The notes under the pieces are model-generated. The model had not been told where the DNA came from, ran no database searches, and saw only the letters and a list, made by a program, of their open reading frames with translations. Source: Dehalococcoidia bacterium (GTDB taxonomy: Bacteria > Chloroflexota > Dehalococcoidia > Bin125). From it: 64,000 nucleotides of DNA. Each line of letters begins with the position of its first letter. Position 1 is the first letter of the stretch. Made by a program: the position numbers and the translations under genes. Below are positions 38,806 to 47,021 of this stretch, one piece after another. The stretch is from assembly GCA_965203775.1 (NCBI GenBank), contig OZ241913.1:3242653-3306652 (forward strand), given 5' to 3'.

Positions 38806-39096
38806 ATGCCGATGCTCAACCCACCTCATCCCGGGCGCATGCTGCTGCGCGACTGCATTGAGGCGCTGGGGCTGACGGTCGCTGAGGCGGCGGAGCATCT
38901 GCGGGTGAACGAAGAGGCGCTGGCCGCGATCTGTCGGCGCGAGGCGCCGATCACGGCGGATATCGCCGTGCGCGTCGACAAGGCGTTCGGCGGCAGCGCG
39001 GAGGCCTGGCTGCGGATGCAGGTTGCGCACGACCTTGCGCAGGCGCGGCGGGATGTTGAGCAGGTCTCGATCAAGCGGATCGAGCGGGCGGCGTAG
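38806..39096 (+). CDS. higA: HigA-family antitoxin-like XRE HTH protein, copy 1
   Basis: HPGRMLLRDCIEALGLTVAEAAEHLRV...ITADIAVRVDKAFGGSAEAWLRMQVAHDL. Confidence 0.75.
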   Translation: MPMLNPPHPGRMLLRDCIEALGLTVAEAAEHLRVNEEALAAICRREAPITADIAVRVDKAFGGSAEAWLRMQVAHDLAQARRDVEQVSIKRIERAA

Positions 39097-39098
39097 AG

Positions 39099-39389
39099 AT
39101 GCCGCGTCGGATATCGCACCATCCGGGGGAGACGCTGCGCGAAGATTGCATCGAGGCGCTGGGGCTGACGATCGCTGAGGCGGCGGAGCATCTACAGGTT
39201 GACGAGCAGGCGCTCGCAGCCATCTGCGAGTGCAAGGCTCCGATCACGGCTGATCTGGCGATTCGCTTTGAGCAGGCGTTTGGGAGCACGGCGGAGCATT
39301 GGCTGCGGATGCAGGTTGCGCACGACCTGGGACGGGCGCGTGCGGTCGGCCAACGCCCGCCGATTGCGCGGATTGCGCGCCCCGCCTGA
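39099..39389 (+). CDS. higA: HigA-family antitoxin-like XRE HTH protein, copy 2
   Basis: Paralog of copy 1, 2 nt downstream of it. No higB-like ORF on either side. Confidence 0.75.
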   Translation: MPRRISHHPGETLREDCIEALGLTIAEAAEHLQVDEQALAAICECKAPITADLAIRFEQAFGSTAEHWLRMQVAHDLGRARAVGQRPPIARIARPA

Positions 39390-39422
39390 CGGCCCACGAT
39401 CGTTTTGGGCGGCGCCCGCGCG

Positions 39423-40046
39423 TCACTGGGGGCGATTGCAGGCTTTGCCGCGCCAGACGAGTGGTTTGGCGGTTTCGGCGTCTATGAGGCCGTCGATCAG
39501 CGGCGGGCAATCCGGGTCGGCGCAGGCCGAGTCGAGCTGGCGTTGCGTCAGACCGCAAGACTTGGATTGCACGCCTCCGCCGATGAAGTCGGCTCCCGAG
39601 AGATTTGCGCCCATCAGGTCCGCATTGGTCAAGTTTGCGTTTTGCAGCTTCGCGCCCGTCAGGTCGGCGTCGGTCAATGTCGTATCACCGAGGTCTGCGT
39701 ACCTCAGATCGGCGTCGATCAGCACCGCTTCGCGCAGCGCCGCTTCCTGTAGGTTGGCGCCAACCAGGTTCGTCCGCGCCAGGTTGGTGTGTACGAGTCG
39801 GGCCTGCGAAAGATTGGCTTTGCCCAGCCAGCCGTCCGAGAGATCGGCATAGGAGAGCCGCGCGTCGACCAGATGCCCCTCGATCGCCTCGAGGCCGCGC
39901 ATTCGCGCGCCGCGCCAGTCGATTCGCCGCACTTTGCGCTGCGCGGCCTGCTCAGGGTCCGTCCGAAAGGCGATCATGCCCTGCTGGTCGGGCGGCAGCC
40001 GGGGCGGGATGTCGGGCTCGTACATTGAGCGTTCAATCGCGGTCAT
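39423..40046 (-). CDS. Pentapeptide-repeat protein (module 1)
   Basis: Runs of A(D/N)LxX quintets (ANLSQARLVHTNLARTNLVGANLQEAALREAVLIDADLRYADLGDTTLTDADLTGAKLQNANLTNADLMGANLSGADF). Start at MTAIERS overlaps the upstream stop by 14 nt. Confidence 0.8.
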   Translation of the reverse strand: MTAIERSMYEPDIPPRLPPDQQGMIAFRTDPEQAAQRKVRRIDWRGARMRGLEAIEGHLVDARLSYADLSDGWLGKANLSQARLVHTNLARTNLVGANLQEAALREAVLIDADLRYADLGDTTLTDADLTGAKLQNANLTNADLMGANLSGADFIGGGVQSKSCGLTQRQLDSACADPDCPPLIDGLIDAETAKPLVWRGKACNRPQ

Positions 40047-40461
40047 GGTCGTCCTCGACTGGAAACTGGCGGAGCGCATCAAAGAGCTCCTCGACTCGGC
40101 CGCCGTAGGAGTCAGGATACTCGGCTGCGAGCCGACGCAGGGCGTTCAGGCCGGTGACGCGGATCGCCGGCACGGAGCTGCCGAGCATCTGGATGGCGTG
40201 CTGGAACCTGCCGTCGAGCAGATCGCGGTGGGCGGTATCGGCTTGCCGTTCGGCGACTCTGCTGCGCCAGATCGCGACGGGCAGAGCGATCACTGCAGCG
40301 ACGACCAGGCCGACGTTGCGGATGTCTTCCGTCTCGTCCCAGAAGAAGACCGAGACGACGATCACAGCGGCCAGTGCGAGGATGGCCAGAGGCGCCATGC
40401 CGGCCTCGGCGAGCAGCGCGGCGCGCTTGCTGAGTTCGTTGATCCGGTGGATGAGCGGCAT
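40033..40461 (-). CDS. Two-TM membrane protein with cytoplasmic helical domain (module 1)
   Basis: TM segments MAPLAILALAAVIVVSVFFW and VGLVVAAVIALPVAIW, then RSRVAERQADTA, which is conserved in the paralog at 45631-46074. Confidence 0.65.
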   Translation of the reverse strand: MPLIHRINELSKRAALLAEAGMAPLAILALAAVIVVSVFFWDETEDIRNVGLVVAAVIALPVAIWRSRVAERQADTAHRDLLDGRFQHAIQMLGSSVPAIRVTGLNALRRLAAEYPDSYGGRVEELFDALRQFPVEDDHDRD

Positions 40462-40498
40462 TGGCGTCTCCGAGCCGAGTTTAGGGCGTGCTCACACT

Positions 40499-40557
40499 TC
40501 CGTCATACCCGCGCCCCGCCTCCGCCATACCCGCGCTCGCCGCGGGTATCTCGCCGT
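40499..40557. repeat. Palindromic element (ccgtcatacccgcgc...gcgggtatctcgcc), left copy with an internal partial duplication
   Basis: Inverted relative to 41761-41794. This family is seen only at these two sites in the window. Confidence 0.75.
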
Positions 40558-40628
40558 GACGAGCATGTACGCCCGCTATCTGGTAGGCTGAGTTCACTGC
40601 TCAGAGTAAGGGCGACTGGAGAGGACGC

Positions 40629-41726
40629 ATGACTAGCTGCGCAGAGGGTCACCACACAGCGTTCGTGATCATGCCTTTTGGCGTTGAGTTTGACGCGATC
40701 TACAAGGAGTTCATCGTCGCAGTTCTCTCAGAGGTCGGATTCACAGTCACGCGAGCTGACGAGGCGATCAGCTCCGCCAGCATCATGGCGAACATCATTC
40801 GCGGCATCAAGGAGAGCTGCATTGTCGTCGCTGACCTGACTGGCGGGAATGCGAATGTCCTCTACGAGCTGGGCTTGGCCCACGCTCTCCACAAGCCTGT
40901 CATCCACCTCACTCAAGACGTAAAGGGCCTACCTTTCGACATCAGCGGCTACCAGGCCATTCCCTACGACCGAGACTTCGTCGCGATGGGCGTGGCTCAG
41001 CGCACCCTCGCCGAAGTCGCTGCGGGTGTGCTCGGTGGCAAAACAGCCTTCGGCAATCCCTACTCCGACCACGTCGGCAAGGGGATCATTCCGTCATGCT
41101 CCACCGGGCGTTCCGCTGAGGCTGAGCAACGCCAAGAACAACAGCGGAATGGCGAAAGCGGGCCGCTCGGATTTCTTGATCACCAAACGGCGATGGAGGA
41201 GGGCTTCGAAACGATCCGAGATTCGACTGAGGAGATCGCCATCAAGACCGCTCAAGTCGACGAGAGCATGCGGAGGCTCACGACTGAGCTTAACGCCACT
41301 CAAAGTGTTCGCGGCTCTCGCCAGACACAACAGCGGCTGAAACTCATCCGGGGTCTCGCCCAGGAAATGGACGGCTACGCGGATTTTCTGTCCACAGCGA
41401 ACGGCGAGTACAGTGACGCTGTTGACCGAAGCCGACCCGCGCTCGAAGCCATGCTTGCCGCGAGCCAAGATGACCCAAACGACATCCAGGACCTCTTGGG
41501 TACTCTCGACACGGTTGAGCAGCAGGTCGTCACCTTTCATGAGACGACTAACACTGTCGCAACCGTGATCAGCGAGCTGCCGGATGTTGAGAGCTCGTTT
41601 ATGAGGGCCCGAGATCGAGTGGTCGACCAGTTGCGGCAACTGGCGGGCAACATCGCCCGTATCGTCGCGATGATCGCCCGGACGAGAGAGCTTGCTCGGC
41701 TGAAACTTGCTGAGCAAACTGAGTGA
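40629..41726 (+). CDS. Nucleoside 2-deoxyribosyltransferase-like (TIR-related Rossmannoid) N-terminal domain protein with a long C-terminal coiled-coil
   Basis: AFVIMPFGVEFDAIYKEFI ... IVVADLTGGNANVLYELGLAHALHKPVIHL (NDT-type YElG Glu motif). C-terminal 200 aa are helical and Gln/Glu-rich. Visibly lower GC than its neighbours. Confidence 0.55.
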   Translation: MTSCAEGHHTAFVIMPFGVEFDAIYKEFIVAVLSEVGFTVTRADEAISSASIMANIIRGIKESCIVVADLTGGNANVLYELGLAHALHKPVIHLTQDVKGLPFDISGYQAIPYDRDFVAMGVAQRTLAEVAAGVLGGKTAFGNPYSDHVGKGIIPSCSTGRSAEAEQRQEQQRNGESGPLGFLDHQTAMEEGFETIRDSTEEIAIKTAQVDESMRRLTTELNATQSVRGSRQTQQRLKLIRGLAQEMDGYADFLSTANGEYSDAVDRSRPALEAMLAASQDDPNDIQDLLGTLDTVEQQVVTFHETTNTVATVISELPDVESSFMRARDRVVDQLRQLAGNIARIVAMIARTRELARLKLAEQTE

Positions 41727-41760
41727 CCCGTAGCAGCCGCGCGGGGCTTGTGCTGGGCGC

Positions 41761-41794
41761 GGCGAGATACCCGCGGTGAGCGCGGGTATGACGG
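41761..41794. repeat. Palindromic element, right copy (atacccgcg-gtgag-cgcgggtat hairpin) between convergent gene ends
   Basis: Its reverse complement matches the left copy. It could also act as a bidirectional terminator. Confidence 0.75.
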
Positions 41795-41811
41795 ATCTCG
41801 GAGTCGAAATT

Positions 41812-44800
41812 TCAGTCGCTTTGGCTGACCGCCTCCAGGATGGCGGCGATGCGACGGGTTGCCTCCGAGAACCAGCTTACCTCATCCAGCGTCAGCGCGC
41901 GGCCTAGGACTTTGTGGTCGCGGTAGGAGAGGTATTTTTTTAGGACTTGGTAGCCGCCCAGGCGGTATTGCCAGACGGGTTTGGGGATGTTTGACCAGTA
42001 GGTTTGGTCGTTGAGGTGGATGTTTACGGTGTCGCCGTGGTCTTCGATGCGGCCCTGGCCGGGCATTACGGCTTTGTTTGCGCCGTAGTGGCCCCAGCCG
42101 GCGGTGAGTTTGAAGTCGTCGTCTTTCATGTTGGAGCCGTCGGTTTTGGTTGGGACGGCGATATTGTGGTCGAGGAGGTCGGCGGCGTCGGACTCGGTGT
42201 CGAGCAGGCGGGCCAGGGCGCGTCCGCGCTCGGCGGAGGCGATCAGGGCGTCTCGGTCGTCGGGGAGGGGGATTCGGGGCCAGCCCATACGCAGGCCGCC
42301 GGCGTTGTCGCGCAGGTAGGAGGGATCGTGCAGGGTTGCGATGACGTGGTGGAAGAGGTCAACGGGATCGATGCGCATTGCGCCAAGGTATTGGCGAGCA
42401 TCGTCGCTGAGGTTAGCGATCCGTCGTTCGCCTTCTACTTCGACGTGGAATTGGTCGCCCTCCAATGCCAGCGGGTCTTCACGCAGGTAGAGCGGAAACA
42501 TGTTGGCGCCACGCTCGATCAGGTGCAGGCAGGCTATCTGGCCCGTGACACAGGCTTGCGGTTCGTCCTCGCCTTTTCGAAGATGCGGCGCAGCGGACAG
42601 CCAAACGTTTCCGGCGAAGACATGCGGCCGGTAGTCGGGCCGCTTCTCGTTTAGGAGCTTGGTGTCAGCTTCCCAGTACAACCATCGAACGTCGAACGGC
42701 CGATAGGCGTAGCGGATAAAGCCAGACTCTGTCGGGCCGCCGCGTTGAAGCAGCGCTCTACGCACTTTGTGAGGATCGAACCGCGCTCGGCGACCCATTG
42801 CGACAGAGTAGCGGCGTGCGATTTCGTCGTCGGGCTGGTCCGCGTCGAAGTAATCGTCGATGCGCTGCTTCAGCGGGGCAAGATCGATGTCCACGACGAA
42901 GCCATCTCGATTGGTGTTGACGCCAGAGAACTGCCGCGGAAACAGGTCGGGCAAAGCCGGCCAGCTGGACCAATCGCCGCCCGTCTTGGTCGGCGTGAAC
43001 GGCAAGCCCAACGACGGCGAGGGGCTAAGGGCGTCATAGATCGAATCCGGATCGGCGTCAGCCGTGGCCAAGAGTTCGTCGCGCTTACCGACGCCCCAGA
43101 GATTCCTGAACTGCACGACATCAGTCGAGGCGTGTTCGGTTTTGCGGATCAGCGTTGCGATCGCCGTTCCGACCTGAATGCCGACTGACTGATCATCCAC
43201 GGTGAAGATGCTCGGATCCGGTGCTCCGCTAGGCGTCCGTCCGCCTTTCCGCACATCGCCGTTGAGGTGGTCGATGCGGACGTGATCAAACTCGCGGAGG
43301 TATCGCTCTCTCATTCCCGCGAACGATCGTCCATCGAGCCACGACTGGTTCGAAATGAAACAGACGACGCCCTCGGTGGTCCTCTCAGTGATTCGCCGTT
43401 CGGCGATGCGAAAGAACCTTACGTACAGATCGTGGAGCGCCCGTGTATCCGGTAGGTCGACATCCTGTGATGTTCGGTATGCCTCAAGCATCTCGTCTTC
43501 TTCCTCGACGGCGACGCCGGCAAAGCCGTTGTAGGGCGGGTTGCCGAGCACTACGAGGATGGGGCGCTCGCGCTTGACCTCGTTGGCGCGCTCGCGTTCC
43601 TCTTCCAGCTCCGGGAACGGCAAGTCCTTGGTAACGGCTTCTTCCCAGCCGGTGAGGGCGTTGGTGAGGAAGACGGCGGCGCGCTGGTCGTCGCCGAGGG
43701 GGGCGTTCAGCTGTTCGAGGGCGAGGCCGATTTGGAGGTGTGCGACGACGAGCGGTGCGGGCATGATTTCGAAGCCGAAGACGCGGGTTTGGGCGGCCTG
43801 GCGCAGTGCTTCGCCGGCGGCGGCGCCCGAGCCCTGCAAGGACTCGGCGATGCAGCGCAGGGTTTCGACGAGGAACGCGCCGGTGCCGCAGCAGGGGTCG
43901 AGCACGACGACGCGCTGATCGGCGAGTCCGTCGGCGAGGCCGAGGTCGTCGCGCAGGGTGCGGTCGACGCGGGCGACCATGTACTGGACGATTTCGCGCG
44001 GGGTGTACCAGACGCCGAGTTGTTTGCGCAGTTCGGGGTCGAAGGCTTCGAGGAAGGGCTCGTAGAAGTACTGGACGGCTTCGCCCTGCTTGAAGCGGTC
44101 GAGGAATGTTTCGTGGTCGACGCGCGAGAGGACGGCGTCGGACCAGTCCAGCACTTCGACCAGGTCGAGGCGGCGCAGGCGGCGGCGATCGGTCAGTTGG
44201 TGGAACAGGACGCTCAATACCGGCATTTGCAGGTAGTCGACCGCGTCCTTCCAGCGGAACCGCCCGGTGTTTCCCTCTCGCACCCATAGCACCCAGGCGG
44301 CGAAGACGCCGTAGAAGAGGGTTTGCACGAGAGTTGAGCGGAAGAGTTGCGCGCCGCGCTGGTCGTCGAAGCGCATGCCCAGCGCCTGGTCGAGGGCGCG
44401 GCGGACCTGCGAGAGCGATTTTTCGTCGCTGGCGGCGTTGACGCGCTCGAGCGCGTCTCTCGCGCAGAGGGCGAGCAGTCGAGCCAGGTCGCGCGGGTCG
44501 CGAATTGGCGCGGTGTGCTGCATTACGCGCGCGAGGTACTCGCCGAGCCGCACGCCGTGGCGGTTAGCCGCCGCTTGCGGATGCCGCAGCTGTTGCTCGA
44601 ATTCCTCGATGTCCGCCGCCAGGGAATAGCGTTCGAGCACGGTTTTCGCGCCGTCGCTGTCTTCCCCAATCAGGGCGAATTGACGCAGGTTGGTTACGAG
44701 TACGAGTCGGTGCGCGCGCCAGTATCTGCCGACCTGCTCGGAGGCGATGAGCTGATCCAGGTCTGCGTCCGCGCTCTTCACTTCGACGACGCCGCGGTCG

Positions 44801-45039
44801 GCGGTGTCGGCGGTGAACAATGTCTGCTTGCCGGCGTCGGAGAAGAAACCGATGTCGGGCTGATCGGAGCCGGGTTCGCTGGGGTGGACAACGGCGCGAA
44901 CGCGCGGTTTGAGTTGCGCGCCGACAGCGTCGAAGAGGTTATCGAGCGCGGTGTAGTGGGAGAGTTCGGGGGTGCCGACGCTGCGGACTGCGGCGATCGC
45001 TTTGAGGTAGTCGCGGACGGCCTGTTTGTACTCGTTCAT
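41812..45039 (-). CDS. MmeI-like/type IIG-type single-chain restriction-modification enzyme candidate (N6-adenine MTase with N-terminal PD-ExK-like motif)
   Basis: N-terminal GVVEVKSADADLDQL (ExK-S..DLD as in the MmeI family). Motif I VVVLDPCCGTGAFLVE, motif IV VVLGNPPYNGFAG. C-terminal WQYRLGGYQVLKKYLSYRD specificity-domain-like tail. Start taken at MNEYK (ATGA overlap with the upstream PRP gene); the track start is 45078. Confidence 0.7.
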   Translation of the reverse strand: MNEYKQAVRDYLKAIAAVRSVGTPELSHYTALDNLFDAVGAQLKPRVRAVVHPSEPGSDQPDIGFFSDAGKQTLFTADTADRGVVEVKSADADLDQLIASEQVGRYWRAHRLVLVTNLRQFALIGEDSDGAKTVLERYSLAADIEEFEQQLRHPQAAANRHGVRLGEYLARVMQHTAPIRDPRDLARLLALCARDALERVNAASDEKSLSQVRRALDQALGMRFDDQRGAQLFRSTLVQTLFYGVFAAWVLWVREGNTGRFRWKDAVDYLQMPVLSVLFHQLTDRRRLRRLDLVEVLDWSDAVLSRVDHETFLDRFKQGEAVQYFYEPFLEAFDPELRKQLGVWYTPREIVQYMVARVDRTLRDDLGLADGLADQRVVVLDPCCGTGAFLVETLRCIAESLQGSGAAAGEALRQAAQTRVFGFEIMPAPLVVAHLQIGLALEQLNAPLGDDQRAAVFLTNALTGWEEAVTKDLPFPELEEERERANEVKRERPILVVLGNPPYNGFAGVAVEEEDEMLEAYRTSQDVDLPDTRALHDLYVRFFRIAERRITERTTEGVVCFISNQSWLDGRSFAGMRERYLREFDHVRIDHLNGDVRKGGRTPSGAPDPSIFTVDDQSVGIQVGTAIATLIRKTEHASTDVVQFRNLWGVGKRDELLATADADPDSIYDALSPSPSLGLPFTPTKTGGDWSSWPALPDLFPRQFSGVNTNRDGFVVDIDLAPLKQRIDDYFDADQPDDEIARRYSVAMGRRARFDPHKVRRALLQRGGPTESGFIRYAYRPFDVRWLYWEADTKLLNEKRPDYRPHVFAGNVWLSAAPHLRKGEDEPQACVTGQIACLHLIERGANMFPLYLREDPLALEGDQFHVEVEGERRIANLSDDARQYLGAMRIDPVDLFHHVIATLHDPSYLRDNAGGLRMGWPRIPLPDDRDALIASAERGRALARLLDTESDAADLLDHNIAVPTKTDGSNMKDDDFKLTAGWGHYGANKAVMPGQGRIEDHGDTVNIHLNDQTYWSNIPKPVWQYRLGGYQVLKKYLSYRDHKVLGRALTLDEVSWFSEATRRIAAILEAVSQSD

Positions 45040-45644
45040 TGTTCGCGGGGCTGCGCGTTGGGCGGCGCGCTGGGCCAAGCGAGCGGGGCGCCGGTTTGGG
45101 CGTCGGCGGCGTTGCCGAGGATGGGGGGTTCGTCGGGTTCGGCGCGTGCGCGGTCGAGTTGGGCCTGGGTGAGGCCGACGGCGGCGGCCTGGTCGTCGGC
45201 GAAGATTGCGCCGCTGATGTCCGCGCCGTCGAGGGTGGCGTCGGTGAGGTCGGCGCCCTGGAGTTGGGCGTGCGCGAGGTCTGCGTTGGTCAGGTCGGCG
45301 GTGGTCAGGTCGGCGCGGCGGAGGTCGACGGCGGCGAGGACGGCGTCGCGGAAGGTGGCGCCGGCGAGCTTGGATTTGTGGAGGCTGCCGCCGGCGAGGT
45401 CGGCTTCGGAGAAGTCGGCGTGGTTCATGCGCCCGTGTGAGAGGTCGGTTTTCCAGAGCTTGGCGCGGACGAAGTTGCCGTAGTCGGCGTCGATGCCGAG
45501 CAGCCGGCTGCCGCGCCAGTCGATCGGGACGTGATGGAGGCTGGCGGCGCGCTTGGGGTCGGTTCGGACTCTGACGATCGTCCTCCCGACGGGGCGAAGC
45601 CAGCGGCGCGAAACGAGATCCTGCACCCGTTCAGAGGTTGTCAT
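45036..45644 (-). CDS. Pentapeptide-repeat protein (module 2)
   Basis: TDLSHGRMNHADFSEADLAGGSLHKSKLAGATFRDAVLAAVDLRRADLTTADLTNADLAHAQLQGADLTDATLDGADISGAIF. The same 14-nt overlap with the upstream membrane gene as in module 1. Confidence 0.8.
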   Translation of the reverse strand: MTTSERVQDLVSRRWLRPVGRTIVRVRTDPKRAASLHHVPIDWRGSRLLGIDADYGNFVRAKLWKTDLSHGRMNHADFSEADLAGGSLHKSKLAGATFRDAVLAAVDLRRADLTTADLTNADLAHAQLQGADLTDATLDGADISGAIFADDQAAAVGLTQAQLDRARAEPDEPPILGNAADAQTGAPLAWPSAPPNAQPREQ

Positions 45645-46074
45645 CGGTGTCTCCAATGTGTTGGCTGGTCAGGTGGCGGTCTATCAGCTCGACGATCTGC
45701 GAACCGTAGGCGTCAGGATACTCGGCCAGGAGCCGCTCCAAGATCGAGAGGCCGTCGAGCTGGATTGCTTCCCGCTCGTCCTGGAGCATGCGCAAGCCGA
45801 GCTCGAAGCGAGCGTCGAGGCGGGTGGCTTCGGCGGTGTCGGCCTGGCGCTCGGCGACTCTGCTGCGCCAGATTGCGAGGGCGACGGCGACGACTCCGCC
45901 GGCGAGCAGGCCGAAGTTGCGCACTTCGTCGGACGATTGCCACCACAGGATGGCGACGATGACGATCGCGGCGAGCAGCGCGAGGGCGGCGATGGCGAGG
46001 CGCTGTTCGAGCGCCCAGAGGATCGCGCGGAGTATCCGCTCCAGCCAGTCGGCCACGGTTCGCAGGCGGCTCAT
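45631..46074 (-). CDS. Two-TM membrane protein with cytoplasmic helical domain (module 2)
   Basis: Paralog of 40033-40461 (IAALALLAAIVIVAILWW, FGLLAGGVVAVALAIWRSRVAERQADTA). ATGA overlap with the panE stop. Confidence 0.65.
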   Translation of the reverse strand: MSRLRTVADWLERILRAILWALEQRLAIAALALLAAIVIVAILWWQSSDEVRNFGLLAGGVVAVALAIWRSRVAERQADTAEATRLDARFELGLRMLQDEREAIQLDGLSILERLLAEYPDAYGSQIVELIDRHLTSQHIGDTDDNL

Positions 46075-47018
46075 GGGCGGTGGTCCAGCTGGCGGACGAG
46101 GGCGGCGAGGGTGTTGATGTTGGGTGTGGGGACGCCGAGTTGAGCGGCGCGGCGGGCGGGGGTCTCGAACATGGCCTCGACCTCCATGGGGCGTCCGTCG
46201 ATGAAATCGAGCACGGTGCTGGGGCGGTAGGGGCCCATGCCGGCGGTCATCGTGAGGTAGCGGTCGCAGAGGGCGTCGCTGTCGATGCGGGCGGGTTGAC
46301 CGCGCGCGGCGAGGTCGGCGTTGCCTGCGGCGGCGACTTCGCGCATGGCGCGGTGGGCGGCGTCGCGCAGGGCGGAGTCGGACATGATGGTTTCGGTGGA
46401 CGCGCCGCCGGCGACGACGCAGAGGCCGTTGAAGGGGATGTTCCAGCCGAGCTTTTCCCAGCGGGCTTTGAGCAGGGAGGGTTCGGGGCGGATTTCGACT
46501 TTGGAGTCTTGCCAGAGGGCGATTGCGTCGGCGAGTTGGGCGGGGGCGTCGCCGTGGTGGCCGAGGTTGAGCGCGCCGAACTCGAGGTGGAGGATTTGGC
46601 CGGGCTCGCCGCGGTGGACGCCGATGAAGGCCATGCCGCCGAAGATTTGGCGGTCGGGCAGCAGGGCGGCGATTTCGCTTTCGATGGTGAGGCCGTTCAT
46701 CAGAGCGATGACGCGGGTTTCTGGGGAGAGGAGCGGGCCGGCGAGGGCGGGGAGGGCGTCGAGCCCGGTGGCTTTGAGGCCGACGAGCAGCCAGTCGACT
46801 GGGCCGTGCGCGGCGAGCTCGTCGGGCGTGCGGGCGATGCCTGGGCTGGGCAGGTGGAGGTCGCCGAGCGGGCTGACAAGTCGGAGTCCGTCGGCGGCGA
46901 CGGCGTCGTAGTCGCGGCGGAGCAGGAAGCGGACATCGCAGCCGGCCTCGGCGAGGCGCATGCCGTAGTAGCCGCCCACCGCGCCCGCGCCGACGACCGC
47001 GACCCGTTGAGGCGGCAT
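46071..47018 (-). CDS. panE: 2-dehydropantoate 2-reductase
   Basis: VAVVGAGAVGGYYG NAD(P) fold, KARWEKLGWNIPFNGL, STVLDFIDGRPMEVEAM. Confidence 0.8.
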   Translation of the reverse strand: MPPQRVAVVGAGAVGGYYGMRLAEAGCDVRFLLRRDYDAVAADGLRLVSPLGDLHLPSPGIARTPDELAAHGPVDWLLVGLKATGLDALPALAGPLLSPETRVIALMNGLTIESEIAALLPDRQIFGGMAFIGVHRGEPGQILHLEFGALNLGHHGDAPAQLADAIALWQDSKVEIRPEPSLLKARWEKLGWNIPFNGLCVVAGGASTETIMSDSALRDAAHRAMREVAAAGNADLAARGQPARIDSDALCDRYLTMTAGMGPYRPSTVLDFIDGRPMEVEAMFETPARRAAQLGVPTPNINTLAALVRQLDHRP

Positions 47019-47021
47019 TGC

